From Candidatus Multivoradales bacterium (GTDB lineage Bacteria; Acidobacteriota; Thermoanaerobaculia; Multivoradales; Multivoraceae), in the NCBI GenBank assembly GCA_965223325.1, contig CBDCWI010000002.1, positions 288,001 through 352,000 on the forward strand: a stretch of DNA of 64,000 bases. The letters run 5' to 3'. Positions 26,453 through 37,118 of the stretch are shown one piece after another (within the stretch, counting starts at the first letter, position 1; each line of letters begins with the position of its first letter). The notes beneath the pieces are model-generated. The model was not told the DNA's origin and ran no database searches. It saw only the letters and a list, made by a program, of their open reading frames with translations. Position numbers and translations under genes: made by a program.

Positions 26453-27814
26453 ATGTCCACCATCTTCGATCCGGATCGCTTCCTCCGCCACTTCTTTCTC
26501 ACGGCCGAGCCCTTCGCCCTCACTCCAGACCCTGAGTTTCTCTTCCTGAGTGAAGGCCACGCCGACGCGCTCGCGGCGATCGAGCTCGGGGTGATGGAGA
26601 AGCGCGGTCTAATCACTCTCACCGGCGAAGTCGGGACCGGCAAGACGACACTCGCCCACGCCGTGGTCGCCGAGTGGCGTGATCACCTGAACACCGCGTA
26701 CCTCAACCGCGGCACGTTCAGCTTCAGTGACATCTTGCGCAAGGCCCTTCATCAGTTCGGCTTGCCTTCCGACGGTGATACCGCCGACTGTCTCGACCGC
26801 CTCGGGGTGTTTCTCGAAGAACAGGCCGAGCGCGGCAAGATCGTCGTTCTGTTGATCGACGAAGCGCAGAACCTACCGGCCGAGACCTTCGAGCAACTTC
26901 GCCTGCTGCTCAACTTCGAAACCGCCAAGCAGAAACTCCTACAGATGGTGCTCATCGGCCAACCTGAGCTCGATGAGCGGCTGCGCACTCCCGAGCTCCG
27001 TCACATTGAAGGTAGGGTCGCGGTCAGGAGTCGCCTCCGCCCGCTCACCGACGGCGAGTGCCGGGCCTATATCGACCACCGCCTGTCTGTCGCGGGCGGC
27101 GACCGCAGCCTTTTCGACGTCCGCGCGGTCGACGACCTGATCGCAGCCTGCGGTGGCATTCCGCGGCGGTTGAACGTCTTCTGTCACAACGCCCTCTTGT
27201 TCGCCTACGGCCGTTCGATCACCAGCGTCGACCGCGCCTGTGCCCAGGAGGCGATCCGGCGCGGCAGGCTCGATGGGCCGGCCGAGGTCGACGCTGGCAG
27301 CATCCGCGGCCTGGTGCCTTTCCTGCGAACCTTCCTCCCCGGAGGCGAACGGCAGATGATGGCCGCGGTCCTTGCCGCAGCAATCATTGGCGCGCTCCTC
27401 GCGTCTACCTGGCTCAGGGGTGGAGGCGCGTCAACGAATGCGACCTCAGCAACTGAAGTGGGAACAGAGATCCCGAGCAACAGCGAGACAGAGGGGCGTT
27501 CGGAGGCCGGAGCGAACACTGCCGAGTCCTCCGAAACCGGCGCTCGACCCGCGACGACGGAACCCGGGCCCTCCCAGGCAGCCGGCCCAAGTACAGTGCG
27601 GGAACGGTTCAACCAGCAGCTGCGCACTCACACCCTGAAACGGGGAGAGTCTCTATCCGGGCTCATCCTTTCTCTCTATGGGCGCTACGACAACGAGTTG
27701 TTGGCTGAGTTCGCTCGCATCAATCCCGATCTCGGAGACCTCGACTTGATTCCTGAAGGCACAGCAATTCGGCTACCCGAGTCGGCGCCGGCAGACGCCG
27801 AGACGAGACGATGA
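26453..27814 (+). CDS. ExeA-like AAA ATPase with TM segment and C-terminal LysM-like domain
   Basis: PFALTPDPEFLF, GEVGTGKT, IDEAQNL, LIGQPEL, GGIPRRLN; HTLKRGESL...INP. Confidence 0.88.
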   Translation: MSTIFDPDRFLRHFFLTAEPFALTPDPEFLFLSEGHADALAAIELGVMEKRGLITLTGEVGTGKTTLAHAVVAEWRDHLNTAYLNRGTFSFSDILRKALHQFGLPSDGDTADCLDRLGVFLEEQAERGKIVVLLIDEAQNLPAETFEQLRLLLNFETAKQKLLQMVLIGQPELDERLRTPELRHIEGRVAVRSRLRPLTDGECRAYIDHRLSVAGGDRSLFDVRAVDDLIAACGGIPRRLNVFCHNALLFAYGRSITSVDRACAQEAIRRGRLDGPAEVDAGSIRGLVPFLRTFLPGGERQMMAAVLAAAIIGALLASTWLRGGGASTNATSATEVGTEIPSNSETEGRSEAGANTAESSETGARPATTEPGPSQAAGPSTVRERFNQQLRTHTLKRGESLSGLILSLYGRYDNELLAEFARINPDLGDLDLIPEGTAIRLPESAPADAETRR

Positions 27815-28617
27815 GTTACGCAGACGTCATCCGTCGGCAGACGCGAGCCGACAAGAAGTCCGACGAGCATTCGGCGCCGTCTCCTTCGGCCGGTACGCGC
27901 GAGACCGTCCCCATCATCACCCCCGCCGCTCCCCCCGAGCACATTCCGCGCGGCAACGGCAGGCGGGCTCGGGACAACCGAATCGCGCGCGACGAGAGTC
28001 ACGAGACCCCCACTCCGCGGAGTATCGTGGGTCGCATCGAGCCGCGCGCCTCGAGACTCAGGGTTCGTTCGGTGGGCCGCTCGGGGCTACTTCATCAGCT
28101 GCGCGCGCTTGCGATTCCGGTCGGTGGCGTGCCAACCGTAGTGATTGCCTCGGTTTCCGGTCGCGAAGACTACGCCGGCCTGCTGCGCGCGCTCAAGAAG
28201 CACGTCGACACCGAATGCACTCCGCTGGCCATGGTCGAGCTCGCTGTCGAACGAAGCGAGTGGCGACTGATCGAGCCCGGCCTCGAGGGCCGCCAGGTTC
28301 TCGGCACCTTCGACCGGAACCCGCACGGCGCAGAAGGCTATGGAGTTTCATGGAACCAGACGGCGCTCGGCGACCGCGACCTGGTGCTGGTGCTCGCGCC
28401 ACCCCTGGCGCAATCGGTCGACGGTGCGCTGCTTGGTCGCGATCTCGGTGGTGCGGTCCTGGTTGGGGAGGTTGACCGCACCTCGCGCCATGAGCTTCGC
28501 AAGGCTTCACAACAGTTGGTCACGGCAGACTGCCCACTGCTCGGCGTGGTGCTGCTCGGCGCCAAGCGCTGGCTGCCAGAGTGGCTCGAGCGCCTGCTCG
28601 ACAACCTCGAGCGCTAG
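27811..28617 (+). CDS. Degenerate CpsD/CapB-like (BY-kinase fold) protein
   Basis: DLVLVLAPPL..SVDGALL...GAVLV...LLGVVL C-terminal pattern; Walker A absent. Confidence 0.6.
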   Translation: MSYADVIRRQTRADKKSDEHSAPSPSAGTRETVPIITPAAPPEHIPRGNGRRARDNRIARDESHETPTPRSIVGRIEPRASRLRVRSVGRSGLLHQLRALAIPVGGVPTVVIASVSGREDYAGLLRALKKHVDTECTPLAMVELAVERSEWRLIEPGLEGRQVLGTFDRNPHGAEGYGVSWNQTALGDRDLVLVLAPPLAQSVDGALLGRDLGGAVLVGEVDRTSRHELRKASQQLVTADCPLLGVVLLGAKRWLPEWLERLLDNLER

Positions 28618-28739
28618 TCCAGAAGGGCGATGTTCCTTGCAACCACCTGAGACTCAGCCCGGTCGTCGCTGGCTGGGGCTCCCCGCTGCGAGGCGGCGGT
28701 GGAGTGGGAGCCGCCGCCCGTGCTGCTTGCGGAGCACCG

Positions 28740-29873
28740 ATGGGTGAAGTCCAGGGGGGCGTTCCCGGCACTCGCCGGAGCGTGGGGAATCGGATTCATC
28801 ACCACACACTCTCCGGCCCGCAACAGGTACGGCGGGCTGGGCGTTCGCGCTTTCTCGTTCGCGCCGTGTCACTGGCCGCGCAGGCGACCCGGCTGCCGGC
28901 CCTGGTACGCGCCCGGCGGCGACGTGGTGCTGGGCGCCTGCACATCCTCGCCTACCACGACGTATCACGCGGCGGCAGATTTGAAGGCCAGGTGGGCCTC
29001 CTCAACTTCCGCAGTCAGCTGCGCGGCCTGGCAGAGAACTACCGCTTCGTCGACCTGGTGGCCGGCGCCGGTGACCTGGCCGGTGGCACCCCCGCTCATC
29101 GCGGCAGGGAGGCGGTCACCCTGACGTTCGACGATGGCTACCGGGGCAACCATGCTCTGGCCTGGCCGGAGATCGAAGCTTGCGACGGCACCGCAACGTT
29201 CTTTCTCACCACCGGGTTTCTCGACGGCGCTCCCCTATGGTTCGACACAGTCCGGCGCGCCCTGAGAGGGTGGGCGTCGGCAGATCCGGCCGCCCAGTCA
29301 CGCATCAGTCAAGCCTTCAGGGCGGCGCTCGGAGAGGTCGACCGGCCTGCTTGGGGCACAGAAGCTGTGCTCGAACAGTTGAAGCGACTGGCGCCCGCGA
29401 TCCGTCAGCAGCTGGCGACAGACCTCGCCTCCCATGTCGACCATGTGGCGGCGGCCGAGCCGATGACCTGGGCCGAGGCAGGTGACTTGAAAGCCCGCGG
29501 TGCCGCCCTCGGCGCCCACACCGTGACCCATCCCATCCTCGCCCAACTCGGCGACAGCGAGCAGCGTCGCGAGATCGCGGGTGCAGCGGAACGCATCGAA
29601 GAACAGCTCGGCGTCCGGGTGCGCAGCTTTGCCTATCCCAACGGCACCCGCCTCGACCTTTCTGAGTCCACCGTCGGGATCGTACGAGAGCTCGGCTTCG
29701 ACGCTGCCTGCACCATGGTCCGAGGGTCCAACCGGGCCCACGCCGATCCTCTTCGCCTGCGACGCATTGGGGTTGGCGATGAGCCCTGGTACGTTCTCGA
29801 CACACGCATGGCGGGTCTCTTCGACCAGGAGGTACGCGATCGCCTGGGCGGTACCAGGGCGTGGCGACAATGA
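28740..29873 (+). CDS. Polysaccharide deacetylase (NodB/CE4)
   Basis: ILAYHDV, LTFDDGY, GAHTVTHP, FAYPNG; start codon uncertain. Confidence 0.88.
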   Translation: MGEVQGGVPGTRRSVGNRIHHHTLSGPQQVRRAGRSRFLVRAVSLAAQATRLPALVRARRRRGAGRLHILAYHDVSRGGRFEGQVGLLNFRSQLRGLAENYRFVDLVAGAGDLAGGTPAHRGREAVTLTFDDGYRGNHALAWPEIEACDGTATFFLTTGFLDGAPLWFDTVRRALRGWASADPAAQSRISQAFRAALGEVDRPAWGTEAVLEQLKRLAPAIRQQLATDLASHVDHVAAAEPMTWAEAGDLKARGAALGAHTVTHPILAQLGDSEQRREIAGAAERIEEQLGVRVRSFAYPNGTRLDLSESTVGIVRELGFDAACTMVRGSNRAHADPLRLRRIGVGDEPWYVLDTRMAGLFDQEVRDRLGGTRAWRQ

Positions 29874-31669
29874 GCGAGATACCACCCGCTCCAGCCGAGT
29901 CCGAGCACCCGACCGAGCACATCCTCACCGTTGCTCTCGAGGACTGGTTTCAGACTGCTCCGCTCCTTGGGCGCGTCCAGCTGGACCACTGGGGGCGCCT
30001 GGAACGCCGGATCGAGGCGTGCACCGAGAAGACGCTCGACTTGCTCGACGAAACCTCGTCGAGAGCCACCTTCTTCGTGCTCGGCTGGGTCGCCGAGGAA
30101 ATGCCCGAGCTGCTCGCCCGGGTCGTTTGTCGTGGGCACGAGATCGCCACCAAGGGCTACTACCAACGCAACCTCGCTCGCATGTCGCCGGGCCTTCTCG
30201 AGGACGATCTCGCCAGGACGCGCGAAGTCGTCGAGAAGGCCACCGGGCAGAGGCTCCTGGGCTTCCGGGTCGCACACGGGTGGCTGCGTTGGGCACCGCC
30301 CTGGCTTCTCGGGATGCTCGCACGCTCGGGCTTCGCCTATGACTCGAGCGTGCGACCCTCCATCTGGAGCCGCTCACGGCGCGCCCGGATTACCCGTCAC
30401 CGAACCGGTGACGGTGAGATCTCCGAGTTGCCGATCGCCAGTCAGACACTCCTGGGCCTGCGCGTGCCGATTGGCGGCGGCAACTTTCAGCGCCAGCCAC
30501 CGCGATGGCTCGTCGACCGCTTGATCGCCCGGCGTCTCGCCGTTCCCGAGCCAGGCGTTTTCTACCTGCACGTCTGGGACCTCGACCCCGAGCTGCCCCG
30601 GGTCTCAGGGCTACCGCCGCTACAGAGCCTCCGGCAGTACCGCAATCTCGACCGGATGCCGATATTGCTGCGCGAGGTTCTCGAGCGCGCGCGTTTCACG
30701 ACCGCGGCAACCGCGCTCGGGTATCAGAAGATTCTCGACTTACCCCCAGTGGCGGCCACCCGCGGCGGAGGGCTTGCACCGTCGGTTGTGAGTGGAGACC
30801 CTGGCCAACGCCAGCAGGCCGAGGGGGCTACAGCCGCCAACGCACCGATCCCGATTTCGTTGGTCGTGCCGTGCTTCAACGAGGCGCGCGGGTTGGACTT
30901 TCTACGCAACACCCTCGAAAGCGTTCGCCACAGTGTCGAGGGTCGGTTTACGATCCACCCGATTCTCGTCGACGATTGCAGTCTCGACGACACCGCGAAA
31001 CGCCTCGAAGAGCTCTTTGGCGACTGGCCCGGCGGCGCCGTTGTCTTGCGGCACGAGAAGAATCTCGGAGTCGCTGCGGCCATACGGACCGGGATCCTGG
31101 CGGCTACGACCGACCTCGTCGCATCCATCGATGCCGATTGCACCTACGACCCGCATCAACTACCCAACCTGCTCGAGATCGCGATCGCCGGCCATCCGCA
31201 ACCTGCCCTGGTGACCGCTTCGCCGTACCATCCGCAAGGCTCAGTAGACAACGTTGCGCGCGGCCGGCTGGCGCTGTCACGAACTCTGTCGCGCTTCTAC
31301 CGCGCCGCTACCGGCCGCAACCTCAGCACCTGGACGAGCTGCTTCAGGGTCTACCGCCGACCGGCGATGGCACGGATCGAGGTCGAGGACGGGGGGTTCT
31401 TGGGAGTCGCCGAGATGTTGATCCGCGTCGTCATGGCGGGACTACCGGTCGCCGAGTGCCCGGCACGTCTCGAGTCGAGAATCCTCGGCGAGTCCAAGAT
31501 GAGGGTGCTACGCATCGGCGCTGGCCACCTGCGGCTGCTCGCACGGATTCTCCTCGGTCGCCTGGCGCCGGATCAACAGGTTGCAGCGGTCACCAACACC
31601 GGAACCCAGCCAGCGGTCACCGGAGCAGCGGGAGCCTCACCCACGGCCGGCCCGACCGACAGGCCATAG
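29870..31669 (+). CDS. DUF3473-type polysaccharide deacetylase fused to a GT2 glycosyltransferase
   Basis: LTVALEDWF, ATFFVLGW, YDSS, YLHVWDLDP; then VVPCFNE, VDDCS, DADCTY. Confidence 0.88.
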   Translation: MSEIPPAPAESEHPTEHILTVALEDWFQTAPLLGRVQLDHWGRLERRIEACTEKTLDLLDETSSRATFFVLGWVAEEMPELLARVVCRGHEIATKGYYQRNLARMSPGLLEDDLARTREVVEKATGQRLLGFRVAHGWLRWAPPWLLGMLARSGFAYDSSVRPSIWSRSRRARITRHRTGDGEISELPIASQTLLGLRVPIGGGNFQRQPPRWLVDRLIARRLAVPEPGVFYLHVWDLDPELPRVSGLPPLQSLRQYRNLDRMPILLREVLERARFTTAATALGYQKILDLPPVAATRGGGLAPSVVSGDPGQRQQAEGATAANAPIPISLVVPCFNEARGLDFLRNTLESVRHSVEGRFTIHPILVDDCSLDDTAKRLEELFGDWPGGAVVLRHEKNLGVAAAIRTGILAATTDLVASIDADCTYDPHQLPNLLEIAIAGHPQPALVTASPYHPQGSVDNVARGRLALSRTLSRFYRAATGRNLSTWTSCFRVYRRPAMARIEVEDGGFLGVAEMLIRVVMAGLPVAECPARLESRILGESKMRVLRIGAGHLRLLARILLGRLAPDQQVAAVTNTGTQPAVTGAAGASPTAGPTDRP

Positions 31670-31673
31670 TCGT

Positions 31674-32684
31674 CTAGCTGGTCGGCCGTCGCTCGGCGAG
31701 AGTCGGCTCAGAGCTCCAGCTCTCGGCGCGGCGCGCCATGGGCTCGGGAGCGAAGTGTTCCGAGAAGAGGTCCAAGAGCTCGCCAACCAGCGCCAGCTTC
31801 GCATCGCGGTCGAGATGCATTCCGGGGAAGAAGGACAACTCGGGAGCTTCGTCGGGGCCGAGAAAGTCGAGTGGATGGAGTAGGAAAGAAGGCTCCACCC
31901 GCAACAGGCGGCAGAGGCGTAGGGCACCGCGGAAGTACAGAAACGGCGCCGCGCTACCGAACCTGCGAAGCCAGATCAGGTAGCTGAGGTGAATCGGCGT
32001 CCGTAAGAGGGGATAGGTGGTCACCGGCAGTTCGATGAGATCCAGACGACCCGCGCTGGCCTCTGCTGGCTCCTCGAGCTTCCAGCGGTAGGGGCGATTG
32101 GGCCTTCTACCGTCGCTCCAACGCCCGAAGAGCCGCGCGCGTTGTTCGCGCTCCGGACCCTCGAGGTTGGAGCTCGCCAGGTAGTAGCGCCGTGCGAGCG
32201 GGCCGATCCAGGTCGGCAGCGTCGAGGCGTCGTAGAGCACGCCAGTCGCGCTGAGGTGCTCGAGAGTCGCGATCGAGAGGGAGTAGCCGGGGCCCCGGAA
32301 ACCCCTGGCCTCCTTGCCGGTCACTGCCTCGATGGCCTCCCGGCTGCGATCGATCTCCGAGGCTAACTCTTCGCGGTCCATCAGGTGCAACCATGGGAGG
32401 TGCGACCATGAGTGGTTGCCGATCTCGTGCCCGGCTGCTGAAATGGCCGCCATGGCGACACGCTTGGCGGCATCCTCGGTGTCGCGGCCGACGAGAAACC
32501 AGGTGATCTCGAGACCTCGATCAGCGAGTACCCCGAGCACCCGGTCGACCACCAGCGGCAGGTAGGTCGCCGCAGACTCCCAGTCAGGGTCGCCGTGGGT
32601 CCGCAGGTAGGTCCAACGGTCGTCGAGATCAAGCGACATCGACGCAAAGGGGCGGCCTTCGGAGGCAAAACGAGCGACGCTCAA
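31674..32684 (-). CDS. Polysaccharide deacetylase family protein
   Basis: SLDLDD, HEIGNHSWSH, GFRGPG, YDAS, LHPLD. Confidence 0.85.
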   Translation of the reverse strand: MSVARFASEGRPFASMSLDLDDRWTYLRTHGDPDWESAATYLPLVVDRVLGVLADRGLEITWFLVGRDTEDAAKRVAMAAISAAGHEIGNHSWSHLPWLHLMDREELASEIDRSREAIEAVTGKEARGFRGPGYSLSIATLEHLSATGVLYDASTLPTWIGPLARRYYLASSNLEGPEREQRARLFGRWSDGRRPNRPYRWKLEEPAEASAGRLDLIELPVTTYPLLRTPIHLSYLIWLRRFGSAAPFLYFRGALRLCRLLRVEPSFLLHPLDFLGPDEAPELSFFPGMHLDRDAKLALVGELLDLFSEHFAPEPMARRAESWSSEPTLAERRPTS

Positions 32685-34042
32685 TCCCCAGCACTCTCGA
32701 GGTCAGAGAGGCATTCGGAAAGCACCTCTTCGGCAAGACCGAGAGTGGCGTCAACGAACAGCGTACCGTCTTGGATCTGTGCACTGGTCCCGAGGTAGAG
32801 CCCGGGGATTCCACTCTGAACCGGCGGTACCGCTTGCGCGGCACCGACGATCGGGATGGTCACGACGCGACGGACCCGGGAAACCCTGGCCGCTACCAGG
32901 TCGCCGGCGGCGAAGCTCGGTGTGATCCGACGAAGAGCGTTCACACCTTCTTCTATCAGGGTGTCGTCTGAGAGTTCGAAGTCGGCAGCATCGGGCGCAA
33001 CATAGCGCGGCAGATAGACCAGATGGTGGCCCCCGAAGGGTTCGGTTCCGACCAGCGCAGACATTTCGATGATGCCAGTGAACGGTATCTCGGGATCCGC
33101 GACGTTTGTGATGTAGTGGCCCGCCAGCGGACGCTCGAGCAAGAGCGAGGTACACACGACTCCCAGGTAGCGCGGTGCCATGAGCGCTCTGGCGACCGCG
33201 GAGGAGAGATCCGGACAGATCTCGGCGGCAAGTGGGGAAGCGAGCGCCAGGACGACACCATCGTAGGCCTTGGCCGTCCCAGGGCCCGCACTCGCAGTCG
33301 TCGCGCGGGCCTCGATGGTGAGGGGAGGACCGGGGTCCGGGGCAGTCTCGGATCGCCGCTGGCAGGCGAGAACCCGTTGGCCGGTTCGGATTTCGACCCC
33401 GTCTTTTCTGAGGGAGCGCTCGAAGGCTTCGATGATGGTTCGATAGCCGCCTTCGACCCAGCCAAAACGTTCACTACCATCCGCCCGCTTACGGGCATCG
33501 AGCAACCTGACCATAGTGGCCCACAAGAAGCGCGCCGAAGCCTCCCGCCAGGCATCACCGAGCTTGGCGGCGAGGAGAGGGGCCCAGACGGTCTCGAGCG
33601 CCTCGCGGCCACTCCAACTGCCGATCCAGGCGCCGACGGTGAGCTCGTCGAGGCGCTCTTGCCGAGCCAGGTGGGGTGCCAGGGCTAAAGTCGCGCCAAG
33701 TCGTAGACGTGAGATCAAGGACAGGGGCTTGAAGCGCAACAGGTCGATTGCACCGTCGAGTGCGTGCATCGAACCCTGGTGCCAGAAGCCGGTCGTCGTC
33801 CGACCCCAGCGCAGGCGATCGCTCAGACCGAGCTCGCTGACCAGGCCCAACAGACGCCGGTCGCTCTCGAGAATCACGTGGTAGTGGCGGTCCCATGCAA
33901 CCAACCCCAGCGTCCACGGCGCCGCCAGGCCACCGAGCTGCTCTTCTGCTTCGTAGAGGTCCACCAGAGCGCCGGCACGTGCAAGACGGCTTGCGACGCG
34001 CATTCCCAGGAAGCCGCCCCCGACGACTGCCCAGCGCTTCAT
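32681..34042 (-). CDS. FAD-dependent oxidoreductase (amine oxidase/HemY-like fold)
   Basis: VVGGGFLG, EAEEQLGGLA, DRHYH. Confidence 0.85.
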   Translation of the reverse strand: MKRWAVVGGGFLGMRVASRLARAGALVDLYEAEEQLGGLAAPWTLGLVAWDRHYHVILESDRRLLGLVSELGLSDRLRWGRTTTGFWHQGSMHALDGAIDLLRFKPLSLISRLRLGATLALAPHLARQERLDELTVGAWIGSWSGREALETVWAPLLAAKLGDAWREASARFLWATMVRLLDARKRADGSERFGWVEGGYRTIIEAFERSLRKDGVEIRTGQRVLACQRRSETAPDPGPPLTIEARATTASAGPGTAKAYDGVVLALASPLAAEICPDLSSAVARALMAPRYLGVVCTSLLLERPLAGHYITNVADPEIPFTGIIEMSALVGTEPFGGHHLVYLPRYVAPDAADFELSDDTLIEEGVNALRRITPSFAAGDLVAARVSRVRRVVTIPIVGAAQAVPPVQSGIPGLYLGTSAQIQDGTLFVDATLGLAEEVLSECLSDLESAGD

Positions 34043-34716
34043 CGCGGCGGCGCTCGGTCGGCGTCGCCTGGAACCTCACGTGGTCTCACCTCGAGCTGAT
34101 GGTGCTCGAGGCTGAGGGCCGTCACCTCGTAGCCCAGGCCGCAGCGCTCGCATTTGAGCGCACGAGCGGTTCGAGCGTCGGCGGCCCAGCGTGCGACCAC
34201 TGCACCGCAACGGCAAACGAGCCCTTCGAGGCGGGCAGGATTGCCATGGACGAGCGCAAAGGCCGGGACCGAGCGCGTGACCACCGATCCCATCCCGACC
34301 AGCGCAAAACGGCCGATCGTAAGACCAGAGCCCACGACCGAACGCGCACCGATCGACGCTCCTTCGTACACCAGGGTGGTGCCGGTCTCTTCGTTGGCCT
34401 CTGAGGGAAGAAGCGCCGACAGATCAGGCCCCGTGGCTCGTGGACGATCGTCATTGGTAAAGATCACCCCGGCACCAATGAACACCCCGCGGCGTAGTTC
34501 GACGCCGGTACAGAGATAGACGAAGGCGTTGATCTTCACCAGGTCACCGACCTGGACCCCAGGACCGAGGTAGGTCTTTTCGCCGACAATGCAGTCTTCG
34601 CCCACTCTCGAACCCTGCCTGATATGGACGTTGTCCCAGATCGCGGTGCGCTCGCCGACCCTGACCTCGGGCTCGATCAGAGCGGTGGGGTGAACGCGAG
34701 CCGAGGCCGCGATCAT
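34039..34716 (-). CDS. Hexapeptide-repeat sugar N-acetyltransferase (WbpD-like) with C-terminal Cys motifs
   Basis: VHPTALIE, FIGAGVIFTND, GASIGA, GNPAR, VCRCG. Confidence 0.88.
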   Translation of the reverse strand: MIAASARVHPTALIEPEVRVGERTAIWDNVHIRQGSRVGEDCIVGEKTYLGPGVQVGDLVKINAFVYLCTGVELRRGVFIGAGVIFTNDDRPRATGPDLSALLPSEANEETGTTLVYEGASIGARSVVGSGLTIGRFALVGMGSVVTRSVPAFALVHGNPARLEGLVCRCGAVVARWAADARTARALKCERCGLGYEVTALSLEHHQLEVRPREVPGDADRAPPR

Positions 34717-35795
34717 GCCAGGGGTCTCAGACCTCGCCTGGGGTCGTCTGATACCGCCGCAGTTGCCGGAGCAGTCGCCACGCTGTCGAGCACTCCGACC
34801 GATTGCCAGCTACCGCCGCTCTCCAGGCTGCGGTAACCGGCCTCGACGGCGAGCACCGAGAGCATGCTTTCGGTGAGCGTGATGCGCGGGTCCGCATGGC
34901 GCTGGGCGGCGAGACAGAAGTCTTCGAGCTGCGCGACGAAGGCGCCCAGCTTGTCGTAGCCCGAGCCGAACGAACGCCACGGGCCTTCGATGCCATCTGC
35001 GGCGGCGGCTCCCCGGGCACGAACCCGCGAGCCCTGCCAGCCGAGCTCGATCTCGCCGTACTGACCGCGAATCGACGCGTAGTGCGCCTGTTCTGTCCCG
35101 CCGTTCCACGATAGATCGATGCGACCACGCGCACCAGAGAGAAACTCGACTTCGAGCGCGACCTCTTCTTCAACCGCCAGGTTCTGCGCTCGCGGACCCT
35201 CGAGGGCACGCAAACGGGCGAGAGGGCCACCGAGGTTGCGCAAGAGGTCGAGGCTATGGGTTCCGTTGTCGATCAAGACTCCACCGCCGCTCAACTCGGG
35301 ACGGGCATTCCACCGCTCGCGCATGTCGACCTCGCCACGAAAGGCGTTCTCGACCCACTCGATCTCGCCCAGCTCGCCTTCGCGCACCATCTGGCGCGCG
35401 AGCTCGACGTCCCCAACGAAACGAAACTTCGAAGCCATCGTGAGAACACGACCCGAGGCCTCGGCAGCGCGCGCCATCGCCACCGCATCGAGGAGCGAAA
35501 CGGCCAGCGGCTTCTCACACAGCACGTCGAGGCCGCCATGCAGGCATTCGATCGCCAGCTCACGGTGCGTCGCGGGTGGTGTGGCGAGGATGGCAGCGTC
35601 GAGTTCGCCCCAGGGCAGGGCAGCGGTCGAGGGATAGAGCGCGCATCCGTATTCGCGCCTGGAAGCCTCGCGGGCGGCGGCGCTCGAGTCGACGATCGCG
35701 GCCAGAGAGCCAGCCTCGGTCTCAGCCAGCGCCTCGATCCAGGTCGCACCGATGCGGCCGGCACCAACCAACACAAAACGGCGCGCAGGGCTCAT
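34713..35795 (-). CDS. Gfo/Idh/MocA-family oxidoreductase
   Basis: VGAGRIG, ATPP..H, CEKP, GGGVLIDNGTHSLD. Confidence 0.9.
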   Translation of the reverse strand: MSPARRFVLVGAGRIGATWIEALAETEAGSLAAIVDSSAAAREASRREYGCALYPSTAALPWGELDAAILATPPATHRELAIECLHGGLDVLCEKPLAVSLLDAVAMARAAEASGRVLTMASKFRFVGDVELARQMVREGELGEIEWVENAFRGEVDMRERWNARPELSGGGVLIDNGTHSLDLLRNLGGPLARLRALEGPRAQNLAVEEEVALEVEFLSGARGRIDLSWNGGTEQAHYASIRGQYGEIELGWQGSRVRARGAAAADGIEGPWRSFGSGYDKLGAFVAQLEDFCLAAQRHADPRITLTESMLSVLAVEAGYRSLESGGSWQSVGVLDSVATAPATAAVSDDPRRGLRPLA

Positions 35796-37027
35796 CGCGC
35801 TCCGCCTCGCAGTTCCGCGCAGGCCTGGATGATCTGGTCGGCGACGTAGTCGATGTGGTAGGTCTCGTAGCGCTCGTTGAGGGGCAGGACCAGCATGCGC
35901 TCGAGTGCCTCGTAGGTTCCGGGATAGCGCTCGGGTGCCCAGTCGATCGCCTCGGGCCGGGCCTCGGTGAACGGGAACCCGCTGTCGCCGAAGGTGCGAT
36001 GGTCGCGAAAGACCCGACACTCGAAAGCCGGTTTGCCGATGTAGTGCGGCGCCGACGGGATCTCGAGCTCGGCGAGCGCTAGAGCCAGGGCCGAAGGACC
36101 TCCCGGGAGGACCTCTGGATCGACCTCGAGCAGATAACGCCAGTAGACGTGCCGACCGTTCGCGGGAGGTTTCGGCGACAAGAGGCCCGGCACGCCAGAC
36201 AGCGCTGCAGTCAGACGCTCGGCGATCTCGATGCGTTTCGAGACCATGCCTTCGAGGCGCTCGAACTGGGCGAGCGCAACGGCACCTTGAAGCTCGGAAA
36301 GCCGCCCGTTGAGGGCCAGGAACTCGTGATCTGGCCTCGGGTCGCCGTACCCCCAGGCTTTGTTGACAAACAAGAACATGCGCCGGGCGTAGCTCTCGTC
36401 GCTGGTGATGGTGATGCCACCCTCACCACTGGTCAGGTGCTTGCCCTGCTGCATCGAGAAACAACCGATCACTCCGAGAGTGCCTAGCAAGGCACCCTCG
36501 GACTCGCCCAGCCAGGCCTGCGCACAGTCTTCGATGACCGGTATCCCGTGCGCAGAGGCGAGGTCGAGAATCGCTCTCATCTCGCACGGCATTCCGAAGA
36601 GGTGGGTCAAGACGATGCCGCGGGTGCGCTCGCTCAGCCGAGCAGCGATGGTCGCCGCGGTGATGTTGCCGGTGCGCGGATCGACGTCGGCGAAGGTCGG
36701 AATCGCTCCCTGATAGAGCACCGGCGACAGGGCTCCCATGTCGGTGATGGGGGAGACGATGATTTCGTCGCCGGGCTCTGGATCGAGCGCCACGATCGCC
36801 GCATGAATCGCGCTGGTGCCACTCGACGTCGCACGCGCCGTCGCACCGTAGTGCTCGCCGATGGCCTGTTCGAGGTCTTTGACAAAGCTACCTTTGGTGC
36901 TCGTGAGCGTGCCGGACGAAAGCACCTGCTGCAGGTACTCGAGCTCCGTCGCTCCGAACGAGCGACCGCTATCGTTCTGGTCCGACGGGAGCTCGACGAC
37001 GGAGGCGGTCGCCGGGTCAGTGGTCAT
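35792..37027 (-). CDS. DegT/DnrJ/EryC1/StrS aminotransferase
   Basis: SSGTSAI, EDCAQA, FSMQQGKHLTSGEGG (PLP lysine). Confidence 0.92.
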   Translation of the reverse strand: MTTDPATASVVELPSDQNDSGRSFGATELEYLQQVLSSGTLTSTKGSFVKDLEQAIGEHYGATARATSSGTSAIHAAIVALDPEPGDEIIVSPITDMGALSPVLYQGAIPTFADVDPRTGNITAATIAARLSERTRGIVLTHLFGMPCEMRAILDLASAHGIPVIEDCAQAWLGESEGALLGTLGVIGCFSMQQGKHLTSGEGGITITSDESYARRMFLFVNKAWGYGDPRPDHEFLALNGRLSELQGAVALAQFERLEGMVSKRIEIAERLTAALSGVPGLLSPKPPANGRHVYWRYLLEVDPEVLPGGPSALALALAELEIPSAPHYIGKPAFECRVFRDHRTFGDSGFPFTEARPEAIDWAPERYPGTYEALERMLVLPLNERYETYHIDYVADQIIQACAELRGGAR

Positions 37028-37118
37028 TCACGAAAGTTCCTATCTTGCGAAGCGTCTCTTCCCGATTGTGTCGCAGTTCGGAGGGATCTGGCGAGCCGGT
37101 CTGTCTGACTGGCACCGG

